From an uncultured delta proteobacterium (GTDB lineage: Bacteria > Myxococcota_A > Polyangia > Polyangiales > Polyangiaceae): a DNA stretch of 64,000 bases. A model generated the notes under the pieces. That model saw only the letters and a list, made by a program, of their open reading frames with translations, was not told the origin of the DNA and searched no databases. Where the stretch lies: assembly GCA_963716725.1 (NCBI GenBank), contig CAVQUB010000005.1, forward strand, positions 512,001 through 576,000. The letters are read 5' to 3'. Below are positions 20,139 through 29,347 of the stretch, piece after piece. The position numbers and the translations under genes were made by a program. The number at the start of each line of letters is the position of its first letter. Position 1 is the stretch's first letter.

Positions 20139-20885
20139 TCACAGCCCCGAGTACTCCACCAGCTCGACCCGCTCGCCGCCCTCTTCTTCGAGGACGAGGC
20201 CGACGCCTGGGCAGTAGTATTTGAAAGCGTCGATGGTCGCGTCCAGGACCGAGCGATCGCGGGTTTTCACACAGCCCTCGAAGCTGCCGGCTGGGACGCT
20301 CACCTGGAGCTTGGTCGCGATGATCTCGGCGTAGTCCTCGGCTTCGCCCGGAGCGTATTCCTGGCGGTAGACGTGGCCGACCACCGGTGCGTTCGGCATG
20401 ATCACGCCGGGCAGCGCGCTATTGACTCCCGCTTCCCACGCGCCGCAGTGGCAGACGGGATTACCGTTCTTGAACTCGGTGGTGTCTTCGCCCAGGTACC
20501 AGACATGTCCGTTGTCGTCCTGCGCGTACCAGTCCCAAGTGTCTTCGATTAGTTCGCCGTCGAGCGTGACGGTGTCGCGCACGATGCTGGCTTTGGTCCC
20601 CCAGACCTCCTTCTCGCCGGGCTCGACGGAGATATCGATCCGCTCGGTGACGCCGCCGGCCTTGTTCTCGTAGACCCACTTCGCCCCAGCCTTGACCGGA
20701 AAGAGCGGATTGGTGAGGTGTGAGGTGAGATCAGCGGCGTCGACGTCGATGCCGTAGGTCTGTCCGGGCTGGTACACCGCTGGCAGATCCGCCGGTAGCT
20801 CCTTGTCGGGCGCTTCGGAGTTGGACGAACAGCCCGCGCAGAGGGTGAGGGCGAAGGCGAAGGTGGAGATGATTCGGAGGTTCAT
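20139..20885 (-). CDS. Conserved hypothetical lipoprotein
   Basis: CAGGAG RBS, lipobox CAGC, DWYAQDDNGHVWYLGEDT and VSVPAGSFEGC...KYYCPGVG. Confidence 0.8.
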   Translation of the reverse strand: MNLRIISTFAFALTLCAGCSSNSEAPDKELPADLPAVYQPGQTYGIDVDAADLTSHLTNPLFPVKAGAKWVYENKAGGVTERIDISVEPGEKEVWGTKASIVRDTVTLDGELIEDTWDWYAQDDNGHVWYLGEDTTEFKNGNPVCHCGAWEAGVNSALPGVIMPNAPVVGHVYRQEYAPGEAEDYAEIIATKLQVSVPAGSFEGCVKTRDRSVLDATIDAFKYYCPGVGLVLEEEGGERVELVEYSGL

Positions 20886-20950
20886 GCGGGCGTGCTCCTG
20901 ATTCGAATGCGACTGACGCGAGCCCAAGCGGCGGCGTCGAGTGTTCATGG

Positions 20951-20966
20951 AGCAAGGGCCGTGCCG
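20951..20966 (-). promoter_or_regulatory. Sigma54 -24/-12 promoter upstream of lipoprotein gene 20139-20885
   Basis: Minus strand reads CGGCACG-GCCC-TTGCT with exact GG-N10-GC spacing. Confidence 0.8.
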
Positions 20967-21001
20967 GTCGCGCATCCGCGATTTCTTGCAGGTGTCGCTG
21001 T

Positions 21002-21027
21002 CGGGTGTCCGCTCCAGGGGACACTCG
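21002..21027. promoter_or_regulatory. Palindromic candidate enhancer (UAS), GTGTCC-N8-GGACAC
   Basis: Dyad with TGT-N12-ACA geometry, about 40 nt upstream of the -24 box. A near-identical copy lies at 59198-59217. Confidence 0.6.
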
Positions 21028-21117
21028 TTGGCTGCTCGAGCGGACGGCGCGATGAGTGCGACCCGCGCCGATCGCGCCGCAGTCCGCTCGGCATGCAGCG
21101 TGCTAGCCTGCGCGCGG

Positions 21118-22026
21118 ATGGTGCCCGCACTTCTCCGCACCGCGTGGGTCTCCGGAATCCTGCTCCTAGGGACGGGTTGCGGGTCGCTCGTGGACCTGGA
21201 CGTCGACTATCGAGACTGCGTGCCAGTCACCGCCTCGCGCCACACCGAGAGCTTCGAGCCGGGCACGAGCCTCCAAGATCTGCGGGATCGCTGCTGGCAA
21301 GTCGAGAACCCGGGCACCGCTCCGGGTGGGCTGAACGAGAAGTTCTTCGTCGACGACGGGGATCTGGTGCTGCGCGTCTTCCCGCCGGCGGACGACGACT
21401 TCGATCAGTGGTCCGGGCTCGATCAGGGGCCGATGATCGCCTGGAGCGTTCCCGGCGATTTCGTGGCGGTGGCTCGGGTGGAAGCGCTGCGGAAGTCCGT
21501 CCCCAGCCACTGTCTCGATCCCGGCGAAGGTGCCGGGTTGGCGGTCCGGCGCAGGTCTGATCCTTCGTCTTGGGCCACCTGGTTGGTCGAGCCTTTCCTC
21601 TGGGAACGCGACGGAAAAAAGGCGGTCTGCGCCGAGGACACCGACGACACCAACAACCCCAGCGTACAGGCCCGAGCGCACACCAGCGTCGCCGGCGCAC
21701 CCGATTTCTCCGCCCTCGACTTCGGCGCCGACGGCGAGGCCGACATCGCGCTGTGTCGGATTGGAGCTGAACTCTACTACTTCCTTCGCGCCGGCGACGA
21801 TCCGAAGACCCCAGTCTGGGTCCAGCCCAAAGGGGCTACCCACACCCTCGGCAGCGGGGTGGTAGAGGTCGGGCTGACCGCGAGCGGAGTGGACGCCGAT
21901 GGGCTGGGCGGCGATCCCGGCTTTCACACTGAAGCCCACTTTGCCTGGGTAGTCTTCAACGAGGGGCCCGTCGCGGACGGATGCGTCGGCGCGTTGGAGT
22001 CCATCGCGCTACCCGAGGGCGACTGA
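21118..22026 (+). CDS. Lipoprotein, possibly with a beta-sandwich (ConA-like) domain
   Basis: Lipobox GTGC followed by GSLVDLD, VPGDFVAVARV and VEVGLTAS segments. TGATG-coupled to the next gene. Confidence 0.75.
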   Translation: MVPALLRTAWVSGILLLGTGCGSLVDLDVDYRDCVPVTASRHTESFEPGTSLQDLRDRCWQVENPGTAPGGLNEKFFVDDGDLVLRVFPPADDDFDQWSGLDQGPMIAWSVPGDFVAVARVEALRKSVPSHCLDPGEGAGLAVRRRSDPSSWATWLVEPFLWERDGKKAVCAEDTDDTNNPSVQARAHTSVAGAPDFSALDFGADGEADIALCRIGAELYYFLRAGDDPKTPVWVQPKGATHTLGSGVVEVGLTASGVDADGLGGDPGFHTEAHFAWVVFNEGPVADGCVGALESIALPEGD

Positions 22027-22979
22027 TGCGTGTCGCTTGGGTTTGGTGGTCGTTCGCACTCCTGCTCGGAGCGCCCAGAGCATACGCGGGCGAGCCCGAA
22101 GCCCCGCCCGTCTCGGCGCCCCAGGCAGTCGAGAAGGCGAACGCCGGCGTCGCGTTGTATCAAGACGGGAAGTGGCGAGAGGCGCTCGCGCTCTTTCGTC
22201 AGGCCGAGAGTCTCTACCACTCGCCGGTCTTCGTGCTCTACGCCGCGCGTTGCCTCCGGAGCTCCGGCGAGTTGCTGCTGGCGCGGCGGGAATACCAACG
22301 CCTGCTTGCCGAAAACTTGAAACCTGACGCGCCATCGAGCTGGGTTGAGGCCCAGGTCGACGGCCGCGCGGAGCTCGCGGTGCTGGCGGACGAAATCCCC
22401 AGCGTCATCGTCACGATCGCGGGCGGGTCGGCGGCCGCGGACATCAGCGTCGACGGCCAACGGGTCGCGGCGAATCGCGCGCTGGAGCTCGACCCCGGAG
22501 CGCACACTTTCGCAGCATTCGACCGCGGACGCCGTGTGCAACGCGTTCTGACGCTGCGCCCCAAGGACGGTCTTCTGCGCGTCCTGCTCGAGTTGCCGGT
22601 CGTCGCACCGGGTCCGCGAAAGCGGCCACCCCCGCCTGAGCGTTCGGTAGAGCGCGGGCCAAACCTCACTGGCATGGTCGTGACCGGGCTGGGAGGAACC
22701 GCGCTCCTGGCGGGCGGAGTGATTGGCGTGGTCGCCCTAGGCAAGGCGGCAAGCGTCCGCAACGCTTACCCAGACAGCTGCGTGGGGTCCACCTGCCCGA
22801 TCTCACAGCGAACGAGGATCGAAGATGACGCCCGGCCAGTGCGGACGTTGGCGGCCGTTTCCGACGTGTTGCTCATCTCAGGCGCGGTGATCACCGTGAC
22901 TGGTGTCGTGCTCTTGCTCACCGGAACCGGTGCGCCGACGCGGCTTTCCGTCGGTGCCCCGGCTGGGTTTGCGTTCTGA
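22026..22979 (+). CDS. Exported TPR + PEGA-like protein with Gly-rich hydrophobic helices
   Basis: Signal peptide ending AYA, TPR-like GVALYQDGKWREAL, LELDPGAHT, CVGSTCP loop between two hydrophobic helices, ends GFAF. Confidence 0.8.
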   Translation: MRVAWVWWSFALLLGAPRAYAGEPEAPPVSAPQAVEKANAGVALYQDGKWREALALFRQAESLYHSPVFVLYAARCLRSSGELLLARREYQRLLAENLKPDAPSSWVEAQVDGRAELAVLADEIPSVIVTIAGGSAAADISVDGQRVAANRALELDPGAHTFAAFDRGRRVQRVLTLRPKDGLLRVLLELPVVAPGPRKRPPPPERSVERGPNLTGMVVTGLGGTALLAGGVIGVVALGKAASVRNAYPDSCVGSTCPISQRTRIEDDARPVRTLAAVSDVLLISGAVITVTGVVLLLTGTGAPTRLSVGAPAGFAF

Positions 22980-22985
22980 CTCGAT

Positions 22986-23555
22986 CTACTTCTTCAGCAC
23001 CAGCTCCAGGACTTTCTTGGCGATCGCGGGCTTGCCGTCGACCACGATCATGATCACGACCTCGGCCTGCTCGTCGAGGAAGACCGCGCCGCGGTCTTCG
23101 CGCATCTTGGCCTGATCCTTGGGCGACATCATGCTGCCCGACGACCCAGTCGGCTTCGCCGCTCGTCGCACCAGCTCGAAGGTGCCCTTGTCGGTGCCCT
23201 TGAGGATGCCGAACTCGATGCTCTCGAACTTGCCGACGGTGCCGTGATTGATTTGCACATCTTCTGGCGCCCAACCCGCCTTCTGAACGGCAGCGATCAA
23301 GGTCTTCGGATCGATCTCGCTGATGCTCACGCCGCCGATGGTGGCGGTGCTCTTCGGCGTCTCCGCGGCAGGTGGAGCCTCCGGCGTGTCCTGCGGCGGC
23401 GGCTCTTCGGCCTTGGGCTCCGGCTTCGCTTCGGGCGCTGGCGGCGGCGCCGGCGCCGGTTCGGGCGCCTTCGGTGTCTCCGGTGGAGGCGGTGAGCCAC
23501 ACGCGGCTAGCAAGAGCCCAACCCCAAGCACCCACCCTGCTTTCGACTGTTGCAT
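22986..23555 (-). CDS. Pro-rich hypothetical lipoprotein
   Basis: Lipobox LAAC, PEPAPAPP linker, small globular domain. Confidence 0.75.
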   Translation of the reverse strand: MQQSKAGWVLGVGLLLAACGSPPPPETPKAPEPAPAPPPAPEAKPEPKAEEPPPQDTPEAPPAAETPKSTATIGGVSISEIDPKTLIAAVQKAGWAPEDVQINHGTVGKFESIEFGILKGTDKGTFELVRRAAKPTGSSGSMMSPKDQAKMREDRGAVFLDEQAEVVIMIVVDGKPAIAKKVLELVLKK

Positions 23556-23635
23556 GCGCCGCTCATAACGCCGCCACGTGCGGTCGTCCACTTCGCGGCT
23601 CATCGCGTGATATCTGATGATCTCCAACCCTCCCG

Positions 23636-25087
23636 ATGAGCCTCTCGTACCACTCCGCTGTCGCGCTGGTTCGCACCCTGGTGCGCGCGTTCTTCCGGCG
23701 CGTGGAGGTCAGCGGGCTCGAGAACGTCCCCGAGACGGGCGGCGGCATCATCGTCGCGTGGCATCCGAATGGCCTGGTCGATCCGGGTTTGATCTTGGCG
23801 CAATGCCCCCGCCGCGTGGTGTTCGGCGCGAGGCACGGCCTGTTCCGCGTGCCGATCCTGGGCTTCTTGATGCGCGGGGTCGGCGCCGTCCCGATTTACC
23901 GCGCGGCGGACGCGGCGGCCGGGGGCAGCGACCGGCGCGCAAAAAACCAGCAGAGCCTCGCCGCCTTGGCCGAGGCCATCGCCGAGGGCTCCTTCGCCGC
24001 GCTCTTTCCCGAGGGCGTGAGCCACGACTCGCCGCGCATGATGGAGCTGAAGACCGGGGCGGCACGGCTCTACTACCAGGCCAAGGCGGCGGCGCCGGAC
24101 TCGCCCATCGAGATCATTCCTGTCGGCCTGCACTACGACGACAAGCGCTCGTTTCGTTCGTACGCGTTCGTCGACTTTCATGCGCCGCTCGAACTCTCGC
24201 CCCTGCTCGCGGCCGTCCCGTCTCCGGAGCAAGCGCGTGAGCGTGCGCAGGCGCTCACGGACGAGATCGAAGCGCACCTCGCCGAGGCGGTGCATCCGAC
24301 CGAGAGTTGGGCGCTACACCACCAGATGCATCGCGCGCGCAAGCTCGTGCGTGCAGAGCGAGCCCACCGGGCCGAAGCCGATCCTGGACGGCCCGACATG
24401 CACGAGAAGGTGCTCGGCTTCAGTCGGATCTGGGCCGGCTACAACGCGCTCTTCGCCACGCACCCCGCGCAAGTCGAGCTCTTGAGATCGCGACTCCAGC
24501 GCTACGACGAGACATTGCGGGCCCTGGCCGTCGAAGACCATGAGCTCGATCTCGATCCACGCTTGGTCTCGCCCTGGCTCGGCTTTCTTCTGATCTTGCA
24601 GCTCACGACCGTGTACCTGGTCCTGCCGCCCATCTTGATCGTCGGCTACCTGGTGAACGTACCCGTCGCGCTCGTGCTCATCGCGGCGTCGAAGGTCGCG
24701 TCACGGGCCTACAAAGACGAAGCGACGGTCAAGCTCTTGCTCGGCGCCATCTTGTTTCCGCTCACCTGGGTCGCGGTCGGGGTTTTGGCCGCCCAGGGCA
24801 ACATCTGGCTGCGCGCCGCGCTGCCCGGAGTGCCAAACGTGCCGGTGCTCACGGGCGTGCTCATGGGCGTGCTCGCGGCCGTCGGCGGAGCCGCGGGCCT
24901 CCGCTACCTGCGGGTGGCCCGGGAGACGGCCCGCGCGGTGCGCGTGCGGCTCCTGCGCCGCTGGCGGAGGCGCGAGGTCGAGCGTCTCCGCGTGGAACGC
25001 AGCGAACTCTTCGATGCCATCATGGCGATCTCGTCGGGGCTGGCCCTCCCCGGACGCGTCGCGGACGACGGCCGGATCGTACGCTGA
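23636..25087 (+). CDS. Phospholipid/glycerol acyltransferase (PlsC superfamily) with C-terminal TM region
   Basis: HPNGLVD (HX4D), FPEG, LKTGAAR and IIPVGLHY. Confidence 0.9.
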   Translation: MSLSYHSAVALVRTLVRAFFRRVEVSGLENVPETGGGIIVAWHPNGLVDPGLILAQCPRRVVFGARHGLFRVPILGFLMRGVGAVPIYRAADAAAGGSDRRAKNQQSLAALAEAIAEGSFAALFPEGVSHDSPRMMELKTGAARLYYQAKAAAPDSPIEIIPVGLHYDDKRSFRSYAFVDFHAPLELSPLLAAVPSPEQARERAQALTDEIEAHLAEAVHPTESWALHHQMHRARKLVRAERAHRAEADPGRPDMHEKVLGFSRIWAGYNALFATHPAQVELLRSRLQRYDETLRALAVEDHELDLDPRLVSPWLGFLLILQLTTVYLVLPPILIVGYLVNVPVALVLIAASKVASRAYKDEATVKLLLGAILFPLTWVAVGVLAAQGNIWLRAALPGVPNVPVLTGVLMGVLAAVGGAAGLRYLRVARETARAVRVRLLRRWRRREVERLRVERSELFDAIMAISSGLALPGRVADDGRIVR

Positions 25088-25088
25088 T

Positions 25089-25760
25089 TCAGCCTCCGGA
25101 GATCGTCACGAAGCGGATGGCGGAGGGCCCGTCGTCGGTCTTCTTCTTCTTCATGGTCAGCGAGACCTTGTGTCCTTGCTTCCAGACCCAGGTCGCTTCG
25201 AACTCGGCCATGCCGCTGTCGAGGCAAGTGGTGAAGGTCTCGTTCTTGCACTCGTCGGGGATCTTCTGGGTGTCGACCGTGGCAGGACCGTGCAGTGCGA
25301 CGAGCGCCTTCTTGAGCTCGTCGAAGCGCGCGTTCCACGCCGCGAACTCGCTGCCCTCGACCGTGACCGCGACGCCGACCGCGCAGAGCGAGTCCCCGCA
25401 GAAGCTCAGCACCGGCTTGCCATCAATGGCAGCTCCATCCACGCCGCGACTACACGTGTAGCTCTCGCCGCGCTTGCCCCAGGTGCCGCGCTTGCTGCAC
25501 TTGCGCATGGTGTCGTTCTTCGAGTGCCCCAGGGTGAACCCCAGTCCATCGGTCGGGGGCGCCGAGGTCGGTTCGGGGGGCGGCGGCGGCGGCGTGGGCT
25601 TGGGTGTGTCCTCCGGTTCGGGCTCGACCCACTTCTCCTCTTGGCCCGGAGGAGCCGGCGTCGTGAACTCGTCGAGGCCACTCTGGTTCTTGGCCGGCTT
25701 GCGGTGGCAGGCTGCGGAGGGGACGAGCAGGAGGGGGAGGAGCAGGTAAACGCCGCGCAT
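25089..25760 (-). CDS. Hypothetical lipoprotein
   Basis: Lipobox SAAC, Pro-rich linker, Cys-containing domain. Confidence 0.7.
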   Translation of the reverse strand: MRGVYLLLPLLLVPSAACHRKPAKNQSGLDEFTTPAPPGQEEKWVEPEPEDTPKPTPPPPPPEPTSAPPTDGLGFTLGHSKNDTMRKCSKRGTWGKRGESYTCSRGVDGAAIDGKPVLSFCGDSLCAVGVAVTVEGSEFAAWNARFDELKKALVALHGPATVDTQKIPDECKNETFTTCLDSGMAEFEATWVWKQGHKVSLTMKKKKTDDGPSAIRFVTISGG

Positions 25761-25781
25761 GGCCGCGCGTTTTATCACAGC

Positions 25782-26810
25782 TCAGGGCAGGTGTTCGAGC
25801 AGCTTCAACACCCCGAGCTTCACGGGCGACCGATGGTGGGAGGCGCCGTGGCGGGTCAGGACCTCGTCGCGGTGGGCGACGTACCAGTCGTAGCTGTCGG
25901 CGATCATCTCGGCGTTGCTGAATTTGGGCTTCCAGCCGATGGCCTCCGAGGTGCTGGTGATGTCGAAGTACATCTCGCGGCCGTACATCAGCGAGTGGTA
26001 GTCGCCGAGGGGCGAGACGCCGAGCTTGCTGGTGACCTTCATGGCGGCCACCGTCGGCCCGAAGGGCAGCGAGCGCACCGGGCTCCGACTGCCGGCGTGG
26101 GCCACCAGCCCCTCGAGCAGGTCGCGCATGGTGCCGAAGCGATCCGTGCCGCAGAGCAATACGTCGTTCTCCTTGCGGGCGTCGGCGAGCAGGCACGCCG
26201 CGGCGAGGTCGTCGGCGTGCACGAACTGGTAGCGGTTGTGCCCGCTGCCGAGCAGGTAGACGGGGCGGCTCTTTCGCACCCACTCGAACAAGATCTGGAA
26301 GATGCCGAGCCGACCGTGACCCAGGATGGTGCGCGGGCGCACCACGCTGACCGAGAGGCCGCGGCTCGTGACCGTCTTGGCATACTCTTCACCCTCGAGC
26401 TTGGCTCGCCCGTAGGCCTCGCGTGGTTCGGGGCGGGTCGCGAGCGTCACCGGGTTCGAAGCTGGCACGCCGTAGATCGCGCTCGAGCTCACCAGCACCA
26501 CCTTGCGCACGCCGGCCTTCAGCGCCTCGTCGAGCACGATGCGGGTGCCATCCACGTTGACCGACCAGAACTCGTGGCGGTTCTTGGCCAACGGGACCTG
26601 CGCCACGTTGTGATGCACCACCTCGACGCCGGCCATCGCGCGGCGCACCGACTCGCGATCGCGCACGTCGCCGCGCATCAGTTCGACGTGCGCCGGTCGG
26701 TCTTCGTTGTCGACCAGATCGAAGACGCGCACCGAGTCGCCGCGCTCGAGCAAGCGCTGGACGACGACCTCGCCAAAGTATCCGGAACCACCCGTAACGA
26801 GAGTTTTCAT
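25782..26810 (-). CDS. NAD-dependent epimerase/dehydratase (extended SDR)
   Basis: MKTLVTGGSGYFG, VSSSAIYG, YGRAK (YxxxK). ATG overlaps the upstream stop (TGATG). Confidence 0.92.
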   Translation of the reverse strand: MKTLVTGGSGYFGEVVVQRLLERGDSVRVFDLVDNEDRPAHVELMRGDVRDRESVRRAMAGVEVVHHNVAQVPLAKNRHEFWSVNVDGTRIVLDEALKAGVRKVVLVSSSAIYGVPASNPVTLATRPEPREAYGRAKLEGEEYAKTVTSRGLSVSVVRPRTILGHGRLGIFQILFEWVRKSRPVYLLGSGHNRYQFVHADDLAAACLLADARKENDVLLCGTDRFGTMRDLLEGLVAHAGSRSPVRSLPFGPTVAAMKVTSKLGVSPLGDYHSLMYGREMYFDITSTSEAIGWKPKFSNAEMIADSYDWYVAHRDEVLTRHGASHHRSPVKLGVLKLLEHLP

Positions 26811-27878
26811 CAGAGCTTCTGTCCGTTGTCGAGCATCCAGCGGATGCTCCGTCGCATGCCTTCTTCGAGATCGATCTTCGGATCGTAGCCCAGCTCCTTT
26901 TCGGCCTTCTTGACCGAGCAGGCGATGGTCTTGTTCATCTCGGACAGCACGTGGATCTTCTGGTGATAGACGCCGAGCCCCTGCAGGACGCTTGTCCACC
27001 AGCCAGGCCACCTGGCTCATGATGCCGGGCAGGCGCATGCGCTTGTGGGCGACGGTCACGCCGAAGTCCTTCTCGATGCACGCGCTCCACCGTGTCGATG
27101 ATCTCGTTCATGGTGTAGGGGCGGCGGTCGGCAATCCAATACGTGCCGCCCGGCGGCGCGATCCACGCGCTCGCACAGGTGCAGGCCCTGGCAGATGTTG
27201 TCGATGAAGGCCATCGAGCGACGGTTCTCGCCGCCGCCCACGATGGGCCCCTTGCCGTCGCGGATCATCTCGAAGAAGAGGCGCCTGCCGCGCGGGCTGC
27301 CCCGGACCGTAGAACCAGGGCGGCCGGATGATCACGGTCTCGAGCTTGCCGCCCTTGCCGGCGGCGTTGACGATCTCTTCGCCGAGCATCTTGCTCTTGC
27401 CGTAGCCCATGTACGGCGCGTACGGGCTCTGCTCGTCGAAGACGTGATCCGGGCGAGGGTTCACGCCGATGGGCGAGTTGGACGACACGTGGACCAGGCG
27501 CCGCGCTCCGGCGCTCTCGGCCTCGGCGGCGATGCGGCGCGTGCCTTCGACGTTCACGTCGGTGAACTGCTTCACGCCGCGGGTCGGATGAATGACGCCT
27601 GCCGAGTGAAACACCGTGGCGCCCTTGGCGCCCTCGAAGAGTCGTTTCACGGACGCCGCGTCGGTGAGATCGCCCTCCACCAATTGCACGCGATCCGAGA
27701 GCTTCGACAGCGACGAGGTGTCGCTGCCCGGCAGGCACAGGCAACGCACGCGGCGCTCGCCGAGCGGCGCCTCGAGGCCGGGCACTTCGGACATGCCTGT
27801 GACGAGGGTTTCGACGAGGCGGGTGCCGAGCCAACCGGGGGCGCCGGTGACGATGGCCAGAGGTGAAGACTGGGTCAT
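26810..27878 (-). pseudogene. NAD-dependent epimerase/dehydratase with four +1 frameshifts (likely sequencing errors)
   Basis: IVTGAPGWLG and YGKSK motifs. Removing single bases near 27280, 27150, 27079 and 26990 restores a 1065-nt frame ending WMLDNGQKL. Confidence 0.8.
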
Positions 27879-29347
27879 GAGATCTGGTTCAGGAAGTGGA
27901 GCACGTTGCGCCGAGCGAAGGCCATCACGCTACCCTGCGGGTTTACCCCAGGCGAGTCCGGCAAGACACTGGCGTCGTTGACGTAGAGGTTTTCGTAGCG
28001 GCGCAGCTTGCCGAAGGAATCGGCCGCGCAGCGATCCGAGCGCTCGCCGATGGGGCACGACGAAAACGCATGCACCGTGGTCAGGCTCAGGTTGGCCTTG
28101 GGCAGGGGTTCGTCGAGCCAGCGGACCGCCTCCTTTTCGTTGCGAATGACGGGCATGCCACGCACCGCCGGCAGCACTTCTTCGGCGCCGGCCGCCAAGA
28201 GCAGGCTGGCCAGGCGCCCGAGCCCGCGTGAGAGGTTCTTCAGATCTTCGGGACCCACGTCGTAGTGCAAGAGGGTCGCGCCGTCGCCCAGCTTCGACGG
28301 GCGGACCCAGCCGCGCCCGGCGCCCCGGACTGCCACGTAGTACGAGGCCATGTTGCGGTAGCGCGCCATGCGGTCCGAGGTCTCGGGCCAGTTGTCGCTC
28401 AGGCCGAGGGCCAGGTGACCCGGGGTGAAGAACGCGCCGCCCAGCGAGACGTCGGGCCAGAACTCCTTCACCTGGAGCAGCGGCAGCACGCTGTCCTGGG
28501 CGTCGATGGTCTCGGGGAAGCGCGCGGCCACCTTGAGCATGGGGTGCACGCGCAAGGTCTCGCCGACGTGGAACTTCACGCCGCTCCGCCGCAAGAGCGC
28601 CGGCGTCTCGGTCGGACCCGCGCAGACGATGACGTGATCGGCGTCGATGCGAGCCAAGACGCGGCGCCCTTCGTCGACCTCGACCTCGGCCAGCACGCCG
28701 ATGCAGCGATGGCGTTCGAAGAGCAGTTGGTGCACGCGGCAGCGCGTGACCAGCCGCGCTCCGCGCTCGCGCGCCTCGGGCCAGATCGCGCGGCTCATTC
28801 CGCGCTTGGCGCCGGTGGGGCAGCCCGACGCGCAGGCGTTGGTGCTGCGGCAGCCTGGCGCCGCCCGAGGGACTTCTTGTGAAGCCCAGCCCATGGCGTC
28901 GATGCCCCGCGCGAACACCTGGGTGCTCTTGGGCCACTCGCCCTCGTACTTCGAGATGCCCAGGCGCGCTTCGGCCCACTCGAAATGTGGCGTCATCTCG
29001 CCGACGCCGACGTGAGCGAGATCGAACTGCGCGTGCCAACGTGAGAGCACCTCGCGCGGCGTGCGGTGCCAGAAGCCGCTGTTGATCTCGGTGCTGCCGC
29101 CGACACACGCGCCCTCGACGTAGCCCAGGGGCACCTTGCCCAGGATTGGCGTCATGCCGCGCCGCCGGTACAAGAGCCGCATCGCCTCCGGGGAGCTCTT
29201 CCCGTACTCGTCGTCTGCGTGCTCGCCGCCTTCCTCGAGCACCGCCACGTCGCGACCCGCTGCCGCGAGCTCGAAGGCCGTCACCGCGCCGCCGGCGCCC
29301 GATCCGATCACGAGCACCTCGGTTCGCTCACGCGCCGGCTCAGCCAT
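27875..29347 (-). CDS. GMC family FAD-dependent oxidoreductase
   Basis: VIGSGAGG, GACVGGSTEINSG, CRSTNACASGCPTGAK and VHAFSSC...NLYVNDASVLPDSPGVNPQ. Confidence 0.9.
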   Translation of the reverse strand: MAEPARERTEVLVIGSGAGGAVTAFELAAAGRDVAVLEEGGEHADDEYGKSSPEAMRLLYRRRGMTPILGKVPLGYVEGACVGGSTEINSGFWHRTPREVLSRWHAQFDLAHVGVGEMTPHFEWAEARLGISKYEGEWPKSTQVFARGIDAMGWASQEVPRAAPGCRSTNACASGCPTGAKRGMSRAIWPEARERGARLVTRCRVHQLLFERHRCIGVLAEVEVDEGRRVLARIDADHVIVCAGPTETPALLRRSGVKFHVGETLRVHPMLKVAARFPETIDAQDSVLPLLQVKEFWPDVSLGGAFFTPGHLALGLSDNWPETSDRMARYRNMASYYVAVRGAGRGWVRPSKLGDGATLLHYDVGPEDLKNLSRGLGRLASLLLAAGAEEVLPAVRGMPVIRNEKEAVRWLDEPLPKANLSLTTVHAFSSCPIGERSDRCAADSFGKLRRYENLYVNDASVLPDSPGVNPQGSVMAFARRNVLHFLNQIS

